Part shown: positions 36,643-46,688 of the stretch, in pieces
Position numbering within the stretch: the stretch's first letter is position 1
Layout of the letters: every line of letters starts with the position of its first letter
Source of the DNA: a virus
Taxonomy: Duplodnaviria > Caudoviricetes
IMG/VR virus record: IMGVR_UViG_3300020045_005976
Location: 1-55,536 of that record
Direction: 5' to 3' (one strand)
DNA: 55,536 nucleotides
Made by a program: the position numbers and the translations under genes
The notes under the pieces: generated by a model
What the model saw: the letters and a program-made list of their open reading frames with translations, nothing else
Database searches by the model: none
What the model was told of the DNA's origin: nothing

Positions 36643-37478
36643 GTCTTGAACCTAAAATAGTTGATTGGCGAAAGAGTGCCAAGGATACGGACTTCGACCC
36701 GGACGACACCGAGATGGCCGAAACTCCGCGCGATGTTATTTTGGCGCTTGGATTTGATCCAAAGGAATTGAGCGAAGAAAGCGTAAAGGCAAGCGACGCC
36801 GGTGCAGATATTCAAGACGCAATTCGGCGCGAGTCCGAAGAATTGTTTCAATCCGCCATTGACGAGTTTCTGATTCACGCAAAGGCTGATGCGCTGGCGA
36901 AGAAGCGGAAAAAGCGGCAGGAGATGGACGAAATTTTCCTTTTGCTTATGACTGATTCGGCGAGCGAATCATACAAGATTGTTTATACAAAGCTTGAAAA
37001 GTTCAACGAGGCCAAGAATCCAATGGCGGCAAAAGAAGTTGCGAAAGCCGCAGAAGTCTATGCCGGAGCGCGCGAGAAGTTTTTAAAGAATTTCCCAGAT
37101 GAAGTGGCCGACAAGTTGGCCAAGGTTAAAGACGACGCAGAGCTGGCCGACAAGACGCCAGCCGAAGTCCGAAAAGAGGTTAGCAAGGCGGCTGGCGCTA
37201 TTAGCGAAGGCCAAGGAAAAGTTGTCGCCGAAACTGAAGCGCAGGTTTGCTATGGATCGGCAGTCATTGCTGCCATAAAGCGAGCCGGAAAGACGCACAA
37301 GTTTTGGCAGACCATGCAAGACGATCATGTTCGCCATTCGCATGAGCAATGTCAGCTTCAAGGGACGATTCCGGTTGGCAACATGTTCCATAATTTGATG
37401 CTTTATCCTGGCGATCCAAACGGCGCTCCAGAGGAAATTATCAATTGCCGGTGCATCCTTTTTGGCGTCACAAAATGA
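36639..37478 (+). CDS. MuF/SPP1 gp7-like head morphogenesis protein with acidic N-terminal peptide
   Basis: VAETE, KFWQTMQDDHVRHSH and YPGDP..PEEIINCRC motifs. Confidence 0.88.
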   Translation: MSLEPKIVDWRKSAKDTDFDPDDTEMAETPRDVILALGFDPKELSEESVKASDAGADIQDAIRRESEELFQSAIDEFLIHAKADALAKKRKKRQEMDEIFLLLMTDSASESYKIVYTKLEKFNEAKNPMAAKEVAKAAEVYAGAREKFLKNFPDEVADKLAKVKDDAELADKTPAEVRKEVSKAAGAISEGQGKVVAETEAQVCYGSAVIAAIKRAGKTHKFWQTMQDDHVRHSHEQCQLQGTIPVGNMFHNLMLYPGDPNGAPEEIINCRCILFGVTK

Positions 37479-37927
37479 CCATAACCGCCACAGTTGATAC
37501 GTCAAAGTTTGAGTCTGATTTAGCTGAAAAGATGAATCACGCCAAGGTTTTTACGCTTGAAGCTATGCGTGACAGGCTTTACGAAATTGTGATTGGCAAC
37601 TTTGGTGCGTTTCCGGTGGATAGGCCGGATTGGGAAACGAATTATCTTTCGATGCAATACGCAAAGAGGGTTGGCAGAAATGTGGCAACAATGGTTGAAA
37701 GCGGATCCATGCGAGACGCGGTAATGAAAGGCGGAACTGGCGGAAATTCAACGTCGGTATCGCTCTCAAATTCATCCGTCCCGTATGCCACGGTTCATCA
37801 TTTTGGGAATGGAAACATGCCGAGACGGCCAGTTTTTCCAATTGAAGAAGACGGAACAATTCGCTCATTCACGCAAATGTCCGTAATTAACGCAGCCAAC
37901 CAAGCTTTCGCGGAGGCAATGCAATGA
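37475..37927 (+). CDS. Mu gpG-like virion morphogenesis protein
   Basis: ESGSMRDAV and VPYATVHHFG..NMPRRPVF motifs. Confidence 0.75.
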   Translation: MTITATVDTSKFESDLAEKMNHAKVFTLEAMRDRLYEIVIGNFGAFPVDRPDWETNYLSMQYAKRVGRNVATMVESGSMRDAVMKGGTGGNSTSVSLSNSSVPYATVHHFGNGNMPRRPVFPIEEDGTIRSFTQMSVINAANQAFAEAMQ

Positions 37928-38478
37928 ATATTTCAGGCAATGGAAATCCAAGTCCAACCGTGCGCGAAGATGCGCTCGCTATCAAGTCGCAGCTTGACAC
38001 CTACGCACTTCCGCGCGGCGGCAAGGTTAAAATCATGGCGAACATGCGCCATTTATGGGAAGAGGTCCTGGACACGACTTCAAGCGAGACGCCAAGAATT
38101 TTGATTTGTTGGCAAGGCGAGACTGCGCGCGGCGAATACGCGGGTGGTGTTCGCACCAACATGCACCGCGTGGACCGCAATTGGCAAGTGGTGGTAATGC
38201 GCGGCCACGGGTTCAAAAGCCTTGTCACTGAATCCATCGGCCAACCGGGCACGCCGGGATATTACGAGGATTTTTACGACGCCGTGGAGACAATCCGCGA
38301 CGGCATCCGCGTTATGTCCAACATCACCGCCGAGGATTTGGTTGATTACAAAGGCATCAAGCCGCTGCCCAATGTCGGCCCGTCGCCATCCGCCAACGTG
38401 TTCCTTGACGCTTTCCAGATTGAATTTTCCACCGCCGCCGACATTCCGCAAATCCTTTCAAATGGCACCACCGGATAA
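37924..38478 (+). CDS. Putative tail terminator
   Basis: Synteny and size. Confidence 0.5.
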   Translation: MNISGNGNPSPTVREDALAIKSQLDTYALPRGGKVKIMANMRHLWEEVLDTTSSETPRILICWQGETARGEYAGGVRTNMHRVDRNWQVVVMRGHGFKSLVTESIGQPGTPGYYEDFYDAVETIRDGIRVMSNITAEDLVDYKGIKPLPNVGPSPSANVFLDAFQIEFSTAADIPQILSNGTTG

Positions 38479-38543
38479 AAACGGCAAAAACCAGTTGCAA
38501 TAAAAACCACCAAACTCAAAGTTGAGATAGAAAGAAAAAAATC

Positions 38544-38936
38544 ATGGCCACTACATCAAACGCAGTTCAAATTACCGCCAGCCTGACATCTTCGCTGCTG
38601 ACCAATCCGCCAATTGGGCAGTCCGGCTCTATGTCGCTGTCTTTTACGGATGGCGATTCGGCATCTGACACTTATGTCAATGTCACAACCGCAACCGCCT
38701 TGAATGCCGACATTGTGGGCGGTGGTTTTGCGTTAATCTCCAATCCTGCATTAATTAGCGGTGTAGCTAATACCGTTGACGTTCTGTTGAAGATTTCAAC
38801 CACTGCCATCGGAACGCTTAAGCCGGGTGCGTTGGCGCTGATTCCGCTTGATTCTGGAACGGTTATTACAGGGACGGCATCGTCCGGGGCAGTAAACATC
38901 GGCGTAACAGTTATCGAGTGCGACCCGAACGCCTAA
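38544..38936 (+). CDS. Putative structural protein
   Basis: Beta-rich ORF in the neck/tail module. Confidence 0.55.
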   Translation: MATTSNAVQITASLTSSLLTNPPIGQSGSMSLSFTDGDSASDTYVNVTTATALNADIVGGGFALISNPALISGVANTVDVLLKISTTAIGTLKPGALALIPLDSGTVITGTASSGAVNIGVTVIECDPNA

Positions 38937-38965
38937 CAATTAACACTTAAAGAAAGACTAAAATT

Positions 38966-39415
38966 ATGTGGCCAACAACTGGAGCAACCGGAAACGCAAA
39001 CGTAGCAACTGGGCAATATATCGCCAGCGGAACGGCGTCAAAGATTCTGTGGGGAACTCATGCAATGGCCGGACTTAGTGCTATCGCTGGTTTTTTGACG
39101 ATCACTAAAATCTCACAAAAGCCGATCATTGCTTTTGACGTGAACCTTGAAAACGGAAACGGCCACGTCGCCGGAAAGGTTTTAGGAATTGACGGTTTCA
39201 AGATGGAAATCGAAGTCCGTGACGACACAGATCAGCCAACAAACCTTTTAACGGTCGGCAATCGCATTACGGTTTATGACTACGCCGGACAAGCTCCGGG
39301 CGGAAACAGGAACGCAAGTTATTCCGCTATCATATCTGATTGTGGATGGGACGCCGCGCCAAAGACGCCAGCCGGAAGAACTTTGACCGTTGAGAAATTC
39401 TTGTTAATCGCATGA
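38966..39415 (+). CDS. Putative tail tube protein
   Basis: Position before the chaperone and tape measure; 149 aa. Confidence 0.55.
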   Translation: MWPTTGATGNANVATGQYIASGTASKILWGTHAMAGLSAIAGFLTITKISQKPIIAFDVNLENGNGHVAGKVLGIDGFKMEIEVRDDTDQPTNLLTVGNRITVYDYAGQAPGGNRNASYSAIISDCGWDAAPKTPAGRTLTVEKFLLIA

Positions 39416-39924
39416 ACGAAGCAATTCCTCCGCATATAATTGCGGCAATGGCCAGGCAGGACGCCGAACAAGCGAAAGAAGATTCGGCAGGCATTCAGGC
39501 GGCAACAGCAACCTTGCCCGGCCCCATGCTGGCGATGTTTTCGCCGTCGCCAAGTATCTCGGTCGGTCCGTATTCCGTCCGCCGCTTTGTTGATCGGGAT
39601 TTTATTCTGCTTTCCGCGCTTGACCACCCACTAAAGAGCGTGTCAGAAATTGAATCTTACCCGTTTCACCCAACCGGCGAACACGCTTGGCAGTTATGCT
39701 GGCTGTTAACGCGAGACGTTAAAGTGGCAAAGCTGGCGTTTAAAAACGGCGTTGCTGCGGTCAAAGAATTGGCATCCGACGAGTTCGGCGACTATTCGTT
39801 TCATGAAATTGCCGCTATCACCAAAGCCATATTGGAACAAATCCGCATTTACGGCTCGGCCCGACTTGATTACAAACCAGCCTCAACCGGCGCGGAGGGT
39901 GAGAATAGCAGCCCCCCGCAATAG
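39412..39924 (+). CDS. Tail assembly chaperone (gpG-like)
   Basis: Position; ends at a slippery C-run. Confidence 0.65.
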   Translation: MNEAIPPHIIAAMARQDAEQAKEDSAGIQAATATLPGPMLAMFSPSPSISVGPYSVRRFVDRDFILLSALDHPLKSVSEIESYPFHPTGEHAWQLCWLLTRDVKVAKLAFKNGVAAVKELASDEFGDYSFHEIAAITKAILEQIRIYGSARLDYKPASTGAEGENSSPPQ

Positions 39925-40157
39925 TTCCGGCAGCAATTGACGGGCTTGGTTGGCTAGCGGAAAAGCTTTGCCGGTTGCTTAAAACATACCCGTCAATGAC
40001 CGAGGATTATATCCTTGACGAGTTAGATGGCGCAAAGGGCTGGATGATGTTCAACTGGTCGGTGGCGAATGAATCAACCGTGTGGGGCAGTGGTGTGCAA
40101 ATCGAAGGCGACGGCTACATTGCCCAAGAACGAAAACGAATAAGAAAAAATGGCTAG
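39909..40157 (+). CDS. gpT-like -1 frameshift extension of the tail chaperone
   Basis: The -1 frame is open from 39909; C CCC CCG heptamer at 39912-39918. Confidence 0.6.
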   Translation, partial: QPPAIVPAAIDGLGWLAEKLCRLLKTYPSMTEDYILDELDGAKGWMMFNWSVANESTVWGSGVQIEGDGYIAQERKRIRKNG

Positions 40158-41370
40158 CGAAATTTCAATCGAGTTAAAATTGCAGACTGAAAACCTGAAA
40201 AGGCAAGCCGGTCAAGCTGCGTCGTCGATTAAAAAGGAGTTTTCAAAACAGCAAGCTGGAATTGATCCGTCAAGCGTTCAAATAACCGATTACGCAAAAG
40301 CTGACAGAATCAAGGCGCACAAGGAAATGGTTGCAAGGATAACCAGAAATCGGATGCTTGACGAAAAAGACGCCGCAAAAGAAAGGAAGGAGCAAGAAAA
40401 GCTTTTAAGGATTAAGAAGCCAGTAATGGCACCTCAAATCAGCGGAATGCAATCAGTTAGAAATGCGATATTGCCAATAGGTCAAGTTCTGGCGTCGTTT
40501 AGTTTAATTACAAGGGCGATTAGTGTGGCGCTAACCCCGATCTATGCATTTTCTCGCGCCTTAACTGAAAGCGCAAGAAATGCAAGGGATTTGTTTGCAA
40601 AAGCCACTTTGAGCGGATTTGGGATACAGGGATCCTCAATGCGTGGTTCAATAGCTTCTATTATTGGAGTTAGCGAAAAGGATATTTATAGCTTTGGAAA
40701 ACAAATTGAGTTTTTAGGAAACAAACTAAGGGCGTCGTCAAATGTTGCCAAGATAACAAATCCAGACCTTACTGAATTCTCATACAACCTATCAATCTTG
40801 AAGATAAACTTCAAGGCCGCAACCGATTCGCTTCTTCAGGGATTCATTCCGGCTATTTTAAAAGTCGTAAAGGCGACAAGTGATGAGCTTGCTGATTTTG
40901 CAAGTAAAACAGCCGAGAGAACACTCAAGCAAAAGGCAGCTCTTAAATTTACGGAAGAAAACAAAGGCGTTTCAATAACTAGGGAATACGACTATGAAGC
41001 GATGAGGAAGGCTGACAAGGAATACGAAAAGAAAACCGGAAGGCCAAACGCGCCAAACAATGAAATTTTTAAGTATGATGTATCACTGAATGGTAAAAAG
41101 TCAGAAGAATACCAGAAAAAGTTTGAAAAGTTTGCGTCAAAGTTTCAGGATGGCAAATTCACTCCAGAGCCGTACATGAAGCAAATGACCGGCGTATCCG
41201 CTTGGGAAAAGATGGGATTGCAAGTTGGCGCTGGTGGCGGAACAAATTACAACATGCAGACCGCAACCAATACCAAGAAATCGAATGTTTTTCTTGAGCG
41301 GCTTTTGCGCGCAGTTGAATCAAATAAAATGAGCGTTACAAAACCGCAAGGCATGACGGCTAAACCATAA
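40150..41370 (+). CDS. Tape measure protein (short)
   Basis: Position, helical A/K-rich sequence with hydrophobic middle; C-terminal QTATNTKKSNVFLERL. Confidence 0.7.
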   Translation: MASEISIELKLQTENLKRQAGQAASSIKKEFSKQQAGIDPSSVQITDYAKADRIKAHKEMVARITRNRMLDEKDAAKERKEQEKLLRIKKPVMAPQISGMQSVRNAILPIGQVLASFSLITRAISVALTPIYAFSRALTESARNARDLFAKATLSGFGIQGSSMRGSIASIIGVSEKDIYSFGKQIEFLGNKLRASSNVAKITNPDLTEFSYNLSILKINFKAATDSLLQGFIPAILKVVKATSDELADFASKTAERTLKQKAALKFTEENKGVSITREYDYEAMRKADKEYEKKTGRPNAPNNEIFKYDVSLNGKKSEEYQKKFEKFASKFQDGKFTPEPYMKQMTGVSAWEKMGLQVGAGGGTNYNMQTATNTKKSNVFLERLLRAVESNKMSVTKPQGMTAKP

Positions 41371-41373
41371 TTT

Positions 41374-41550
41374 ATGAAGCTGATTCAAAATATCACGACG
41401 CCTTGGATTGGTGCGATGGAAAAACTTAAAGCAATTAGGCCGCGTTCCGATTTTGATTATGATGGAAAACGGTTTGTGGTATTGTCCGCCAAAATATGCA
41501 GGCAGGATGATTCGGCTGTTTTAACAACGGTTTCAGAACAAATTCAATGA
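41374..41550 (+). CDS. Small hypothetical protein (58 aa)
   Basis: Fills the gap; ATGA-coupled to the next gene. Confidence 0.45.
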   Translation: MKLIQNITTPWIGAMEKLKAIRPRSDFDYDGKRFVVLSAKICRQDDSAVLTTVSEQIQ

Positions 41551-42485
41551 AAGCACTTTCTCTAACAGTGTCAGGTGATCCAATCGCGTCAAGGTTGTAT
41601 CCGGCAACTGTAACGCCGAGCCTGATTTCAATGCGGCAAGTGACGATTCACAACTTCCCTGCATCAAACCCTAACTTTTCGCGAGCTATTCGTGCGACGG
41701 ATGAATACGTCATCATCCAGCGGGGAGCTGCGCAGGTTGCGTTTTCCATTCCTGATTTAATCACGCTGGCACTGACTCAGGAAACTGGGTTAACTTGGAC
41801 GCCTCCCGTTCCACTTGGTCAACCATCATCCGCCACCGCAGCAGGGACGGCCTACGCCACGCAAGCGTTAACCAGCGATAACACAAATGTTTCCGATGCT
41901 GAAACGGTAACTATTGGTTCAACTGTTTACAGGTTCAAATCAACAATGGATTCAGCTTACGACGTTCAAATCGGAACTGATGCCGATTCGTCATTACTGA
42001 ATTTAGCAAAAGCAATTAACGCCAGCGGAACGGCGGCAAATTATTACACAGGAACTCTGATTCACCCAACTGTTTCCGCGTCCGAAACAATCGCGGCTCA
42101 TGTTTTGACCGCAACCGCAAAGGCAAAAGGAGTCGCCGGGAATTCGATTGCCACCACTGAAACCAGCGCGCATTTGGCTTGGGGTAACACCACGCTTTTA
42201 GGTGGCACCGGAACGGCGGTTGCGTCTTTCATTTTTCCTGCTGGAAGTGAGTATGCATTGACTTATGCTTGGTACGAGTCAGCCGACGATGGCGCTACAT
42301 GGGGTTCCGCCTTAACGACTACGGGCGTTTATAATGTCGCCACACCGGGAACGTTAACAATCACCAATCCGTCATTTACGATGAATGGAAACTATTACAA
42401 GTGCATTGTGACTGACGACGCCGGAAGTTACGGATTAACCAATGGGTCAATCACTTCTGATTTGGCGATTCTAACCGTTGCTTAA
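41547..42485 (+). CDS. Tail-associated protein with Ig-like elements
   Basis: YAWYES..TLTIT..NGNYYKCIVT Ig-like signature; Thr/Ala-rich. Confidence 0.6.
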   Translation: MKALSLTVSGDPIASRLYPATVTPSLISMRQVTIHNFPASNPNFSRAIRATDEYVIIQRGAAQVAFSIPDLITLALTQETGLTWTPPVPLGQPSSATAAGTAYATQALTSDNTNVSDAETVTIGSTVYRFKSTMDSAYDVQIGTDADSSLLNLAKAINASGTAANYYTGTLIHPTVSASETIAAHVLTATAKAKGVAGNSIATTETSAHLAWGNTTLLGGTGTAVASFIFPAGSEYALTYAWYESADDGATWGSALTTTGVYNVATPGTLTITNPSFTMNGNYYKCIVTDDAGSYGLTNGSITSDLAILTVA

Positions 42486-42486
42486 T

Positions 42487-43791
42487 ATGCCTAACGTCCC
42501 CAATAACGTCTTGCAAGTCGACAATCTGGCGCATGGCGCGGATTGGAACGACGGACTAAGCGGACGAGGTGGAACAGCTTCAAAGTCAAGCCAGATCAAG
42601 GTTTACGCATCAAACGGCGCGCTTGTTACTGAGGGAATTCCGATTGAAGAACTGCCAGACTCGCCCACTTTTGAGCGGGCCGAACAATGCACAGTCACGC
42701 ATCATTACCGCATGTCGTGGATTGAGGCATTGACAAGGATAAGCTTTTATGGCCGAGGCGTTCTTCTTGAGGATTCATACGGCAACTTTTACCGCGTCTT
42801 GTCGTCAACAATTCAGCGTCAAACCGGCAATCTCGCGATTTTAACGGTGGTTTCGGAGTCCGTTTCTTTCGACGTTCCGCCCGACGAATTCAGCATAACG
42901 CCGGTCAAAATGGGACTGGATATTCTAAAGCATCCGCGCTACTTTTACGCTCTGATGCCGACCAATCAGATTCCGAATTACACCGGCACCGCAGACACGC
43001 CTGAACAAATATCGGCAAAACAGCAAATTGTCAGGGCAATTCAAGCCTACCGAGAAAATCCATTTATTCCAACCCCAGGAAACATAAATAATATATCTGG
43101 ACTACTTCACGACAACACGTTAATAAGCTTAACCAGCGGAAAATTTCCCGTGATTCAGAGTAATCCCAATTACGTTTTGATGCTGAAAGCGACAGACACG
43201 CCAACCATAGGAACTCTTTTTGCTGGCGGATTACCGTATCCGCCCGCAGCAACCGCGCAAGGTCAAGACAATCCTCCAGGCTATTGGGCAAACGTCACAA
43301 CTACCGTTTCGCAATCTACCAGCGTATTACTTGCGCTTAGAGCCGCCCAAGAAATCATTGGAAAACTTTGGCGAATGGAAGACTCTCCAATGATTAACGG
43401 AATCGAAGTCACGCATTCAGAATATTTTTGGTATTCCCCAAGGATTGACTTGGGTGGATATATCCAAGACCCGCGCGACGCAGACCCGCAGTTTCCTGAT
43501 TATTTTTACTATCTAAACGGGCAATCCGGTGAAAACATTTTTCAATCGCTCGCAGAAATAAACCCGCAATGCTTCAGCAGCACTGGAAAGACTGGCGGAA
43601 ACACAGTTATTTCATGGCTTCGCGACGCCGATGTTATTGATCGTCAGCGAACCATTGTTAAGCGCACGCGCAAATGGCTTGGTGCTCCCGTCGGCGCGTT
43701 TGATTCCGATATTTATTCCAAGATTGATCGCCCTGATTCGTTGACGTATACAAACAACCCGCCATACGGATACCGACCGCTAGTATCATGA
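42487..43791 (+). CDS. Putative tail tip/hub protein
   Basis: Synteny. Confidence 0.5.
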   Translation: MPNVPNNVLQVDNLAHGADWNDGLSGRGGTASKSSQIKVYASNGALVTEGIPIEELPDSPTFERAEQCTVTHHYRMSWIEALTRISFYGRGVLLEDSYGNFYRVLSSTIQRQTGNLAILTVVSESVSFDVPPDEFSITPVKMGLDILKHPRYFYALMPTNQIPNYTGTADTPEQISAKQQIVRAIQAYRENPFIPTPGNINNISGLLHDNTLISLTSGKFPVIQSNPNYVLMLKATDTPTIGTLFAGGLPYPPAATAQGQDNPPGYWANVTTTVSQSTSVLLALRAAQEIIGKLWRMEDSPMINGIEVTHSEYFWYSPRIDLGGYIQDPRDADPQFPDYFYYLNGQSGENIFQSLAEINPQCFSSTGKTGGNTVISWLRDADVIDRQRTIVKRTRKWLGAPVGAFDSDIYSKIDRPDSLTYTNNPPYGYRPLVS

Positions 43792-44204
43792 TTTCGTGCG
43801 CACCATCCGCGAAGATTGTATTGCCGACTCCACACGAAGGCTCTCCGCAGCGTGTGGCGCGCGACGCTTCGGACGTGTCGCAACAATGGAAGCAAGTAAG
43901 CAAGGCGCTTGACCAGATTCGCAACTTGCACGCGGTTGTTGAAACGCAATCGCAGACGATTAACAAGATTCGTCGGCGCATTCTTGGCGGCTCTGGCGGG
44001 CAAGCGTCATCATCTCAGTTTCGTGGAGAATACAGCACCGGTGAGTCCTATGCTATTGGCGATATGGTGGTAATTCGCGCGGGCGTAAGTCGCGGCGGTT
44101 ATATTTGCATTCAAGCAAACTCAAACCAAGCTCCGCAATTGCCGGACATTGGAAATCTTTATTGGGTCAGCCTTTCGGGAAACGCCAGCGAATGGATGGT
44201 ATGA
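43788..44204 (+). CDS. Tail protein with CBM5/12-like C-terminus
   Basis: RGEYSTGESYAIGDMV...YIC....YW pattern. Confidence 0.5.
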   Translation: MISCAPSAKIVLPTPHEGSPQRVARDASDVSQQWKQVSKALDQIRNLHAVVETQSQTINKIRRRILGGSGGQASSSQFRGEYSTGESYAIGDMVVIRAGVSRGGYICIQANSNQAPQLPDIGNLYWVSLSGNASEWMV

Positions 44205-46678
44205 GTGTAATAACTCAATCCGAATTAGACGACTTGGCTACAATGGCCAATGGATGCCTGTTGCCGATTGTAAATAATTACATGGCGACAGAAGAAATCA
44301 ACTGGGTTTTAAATACTGGATACGATAAGCACACGGGATATTACTCTTATCCTGGAGTCTACGCTTCTCCGCAACCGCCATATTCATTCAAAATAGCTCC
44401 GTTTGAAAATCTGGTTCCATCCGGTTCTGTTTTTGGAGTTGATGGATCGTTTCAAATCACGATAACCGAAACGGGCGACTATGATGTTTTAATGGGGCAG
44501 AATGAGGGTTTAGACGAAGATGAATTTTCGTTTCGGGTAAACATTCATGGTTATAATTTTTACGTCCGCTGCCTATATATAACGGAGGGCCAAACTGTAA
44601 CCGTTTACGGAACTGCCGGAAATTCGGTGACAGCAATTATATCAAAATCCCAGTCGACGTTTATTAATGAGATTAACCGAATTCGCGGCGACGCAATGGG
44701 CTTGCTAGTTGGCCCAAATGGAACTCCGGTTCCTGGCGGTGAAGTTCTTTACAAGAACAGGGACGCGGTTATGTCTGGGCCGTGGGTTGTCGGGGTGGTG
44801 GACATGGACACGTTTCCGAATAATTATTTCGGCGGAATATTCAGTAGGCTTTCGGGGAGCGTCGTCAACTTGCCTGGATTTCCAATTTTTAGGAATGTCG
44901 AATTTGTTGGACACGACTTGCCGGATGGATTTTTGGTTTATAGCGGTAATGTTGGTTTCCCGTTGATTGACATAACGCCGGGATTTAGATCAACCAGCGA
45001 TGACGAAGGCGAGCTGACGATTTTTATCAGATTTGCCTCTGATTACGGAACTGCCATTTGGGATGATATTGGATTTTCTTGTCCTTCGGCCGATTCCGTA
45101 ACGCTAATTTCAACTGAATCGGTATCTGGCGGATATTGGTTTCATGTTAAAATAGTCATAACGCTTTCTTCCGGTGTCAGCGATCATCCTTTTTCATACG
45201 GAATACCCGATGGCCACATTGGAACAAGCGTTGAAGAGTTTAGGCTTGTCACAAGCTCCATTGGGGACCTTGCTCCATGTAACGCCATCGGATACGCGGA
45301 AGGAAGTAAAATATCATCCATTGACGTTGGTGGGTTTTTAATGGAGCGAATAGACTCAATTGGGGCCGGAGAAAATTTTGCGTGGGGCGTGATAAGTTGG
45401 TGGATTTCGGATCAAACAGTAAAGGGGATTTGGATTGCAAAAACGCTCCCGATTCCGGCCAATAATGTCTTTCTAGATCAAGACATTCCCACTTATATCG
45501 GGAAAGATTATCCCGAGTTTATGGGATACACTGAAGGAAATAAAGTGACAGCTTCAGTCTCCAAAAGCTTTAATGGAACTGGTCCGCGCGCAACATCTAT
45601 GCGCCAGCAATCGCCAATAGAAGCCGAAAATAAAGTCAATCCAATGTCTCCGGGGTTAACCGCAAGGCCAGCAAAGTGGCCAGCGTTTAGGGACACGGAT
45701 TCCTTTACGCCGACTGTTCCATTCTTCCAGTATTCGCGCACTGCTTTATATTGGGACGAAACGCATGAATATGGATTGAACGATTATGCGCGTGCTGATT
45801 TCGGTAGAATATATCGCGGTCGCCACGCTTTAAATACTGGAAATCCGCTACCAGCAAGAGCGCAAGATGACAATACTTATTGGTGGGCTTTGGTTCCAGT
45901 TGACGCAATGGGTGTAGCTGAATGTTTTAGTTATGTTTTAAATGGATCGCCGGGCGTCAAGTCCTTCACTTCCACATTATCGGGCGATCAATCCAACATG
46001 TGGCACGTGAAGCCGATACCTAAAAGCGGGTATTGCATTTTCTCCGTTCGCGCCACGCGCATGGCCGAAAGCATCGGAAACGGAATAAACATTACTCCGA
46101 CTAGCGGGAACGAAATAGTGGTAAAGATTGGCCAAAAAATATCTGGTGTTTTTACGCCGTTTAAGTCAGATGATGGAATTGAAGATTTAACCATAACAAT
46201 TCCCGCAACTGGACGCGACACGGGAGACGTGAAGGTTTTTATTCCGGTCCTCGACGGCAATGAATTAATATGGCAATCAGATTCCCTTGTTGTTTTTGAG
46301 GCTTGTGTAAATTGGCAACCTATTTTCTTCAATGTGGCTTATAGTCGCGGTCAATTCCCAATTGATCCACAGTATGGATTCAATACCGCAGAGCCGGAAA
46401 TTTTCCAACACGCCTTGAGCTTTGAAAACCATTTTGACGTTACTTCTGCTGGATGGGCTTTTCCGCGAAATAGACTTGATGAATTTGGGTCAGGGACTCA
46501 GCCGCCTGCGGTGGTTGTCTACCCTGTGTTCCGAGAGCTTTACGATGACCTTGTGGCGCTTTTAAAGCTGCTTGGCGGCGAGCTGCCGGACGGCAATACC
46601 GCCAGCGGCGCGGGCGGCAGCGGCAGTGCTGGTGACAATATTGGATCAGGGGATGACAACGGCGGCGGAATGCTGTAA
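44201..46678 (+). CDS. Large tail protein
   Basis: Synteny; beta-rich; no signal peptide. Confidence 0.55.
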   Translation: MSVITQSELDDLATMANGCLLPIVNNYMATEEINWVLNTGYDKHTGYYSYPGVYASPQPPYSFKIAPFENLVPSGSVFGVDGSFQITITETGDYDVLMGQNEGLDEDEFSFRVNIHGYNFYVRCLYITEGQTVTVYGTAGNSVTAIISKSQSTFINEINRIRGDAMGLLVGPNGTPVPGGEVLYKNRDAVMSGPWVVGVVDMDTFPNNYFGGIFSRLSGSVVNLPGFPIFRNVEFVGHDLPDGFLVYSGNVGFPLIDITPGFRSTSDDEGELTIFIRFASDYGTAIWDDIGFSCPSADSVTLISTESVSGGYWFHVKIVITLSSGVSDHPFSYGIPDGHIGTSVEEFRLVTSSIGDLAPCNAIGYAEGSKISSIDVGGFLMERIDSIGAGENFAWGVISWWISDQTVKGIWIAKTLPIPANNVFLDQDIPTYIGKDYPEFMGYTEGNKVTASVSKSFNGTGPRATSMRQQSPIEAENKVNPMSPGLTARPAKWPAFRDTDSFTPTVPFFQYSRTALYWDETHEYGLNDYARADFGRIYRGRHALNTGNPLPARAQDDNTYWWALVPVDAMGVAECFSYVLNGSPGVKSFTSTLSGDQSNMWHVKPIPKSGYCIFSVRATRMAESIGNGINITPTSGNEIVVKIGQKISGVFTPFKSDDGIEDLTITIPATGRDTGDVKVFIPVLDGNELIWQSDSLVVFEACVNWQPIFFNVAYSRGQFPIDPQYGFNTAEPEIFQHALSFENHFDVTSAGWAFPRNRLDEFGSGTQPPAVVVYPVFRELYDDLVALLKLLGGELPDGNTASGAGGSGSAGDNIGSGDDNGGGML

Positions 46679-46688
46679 AATAAAACAC

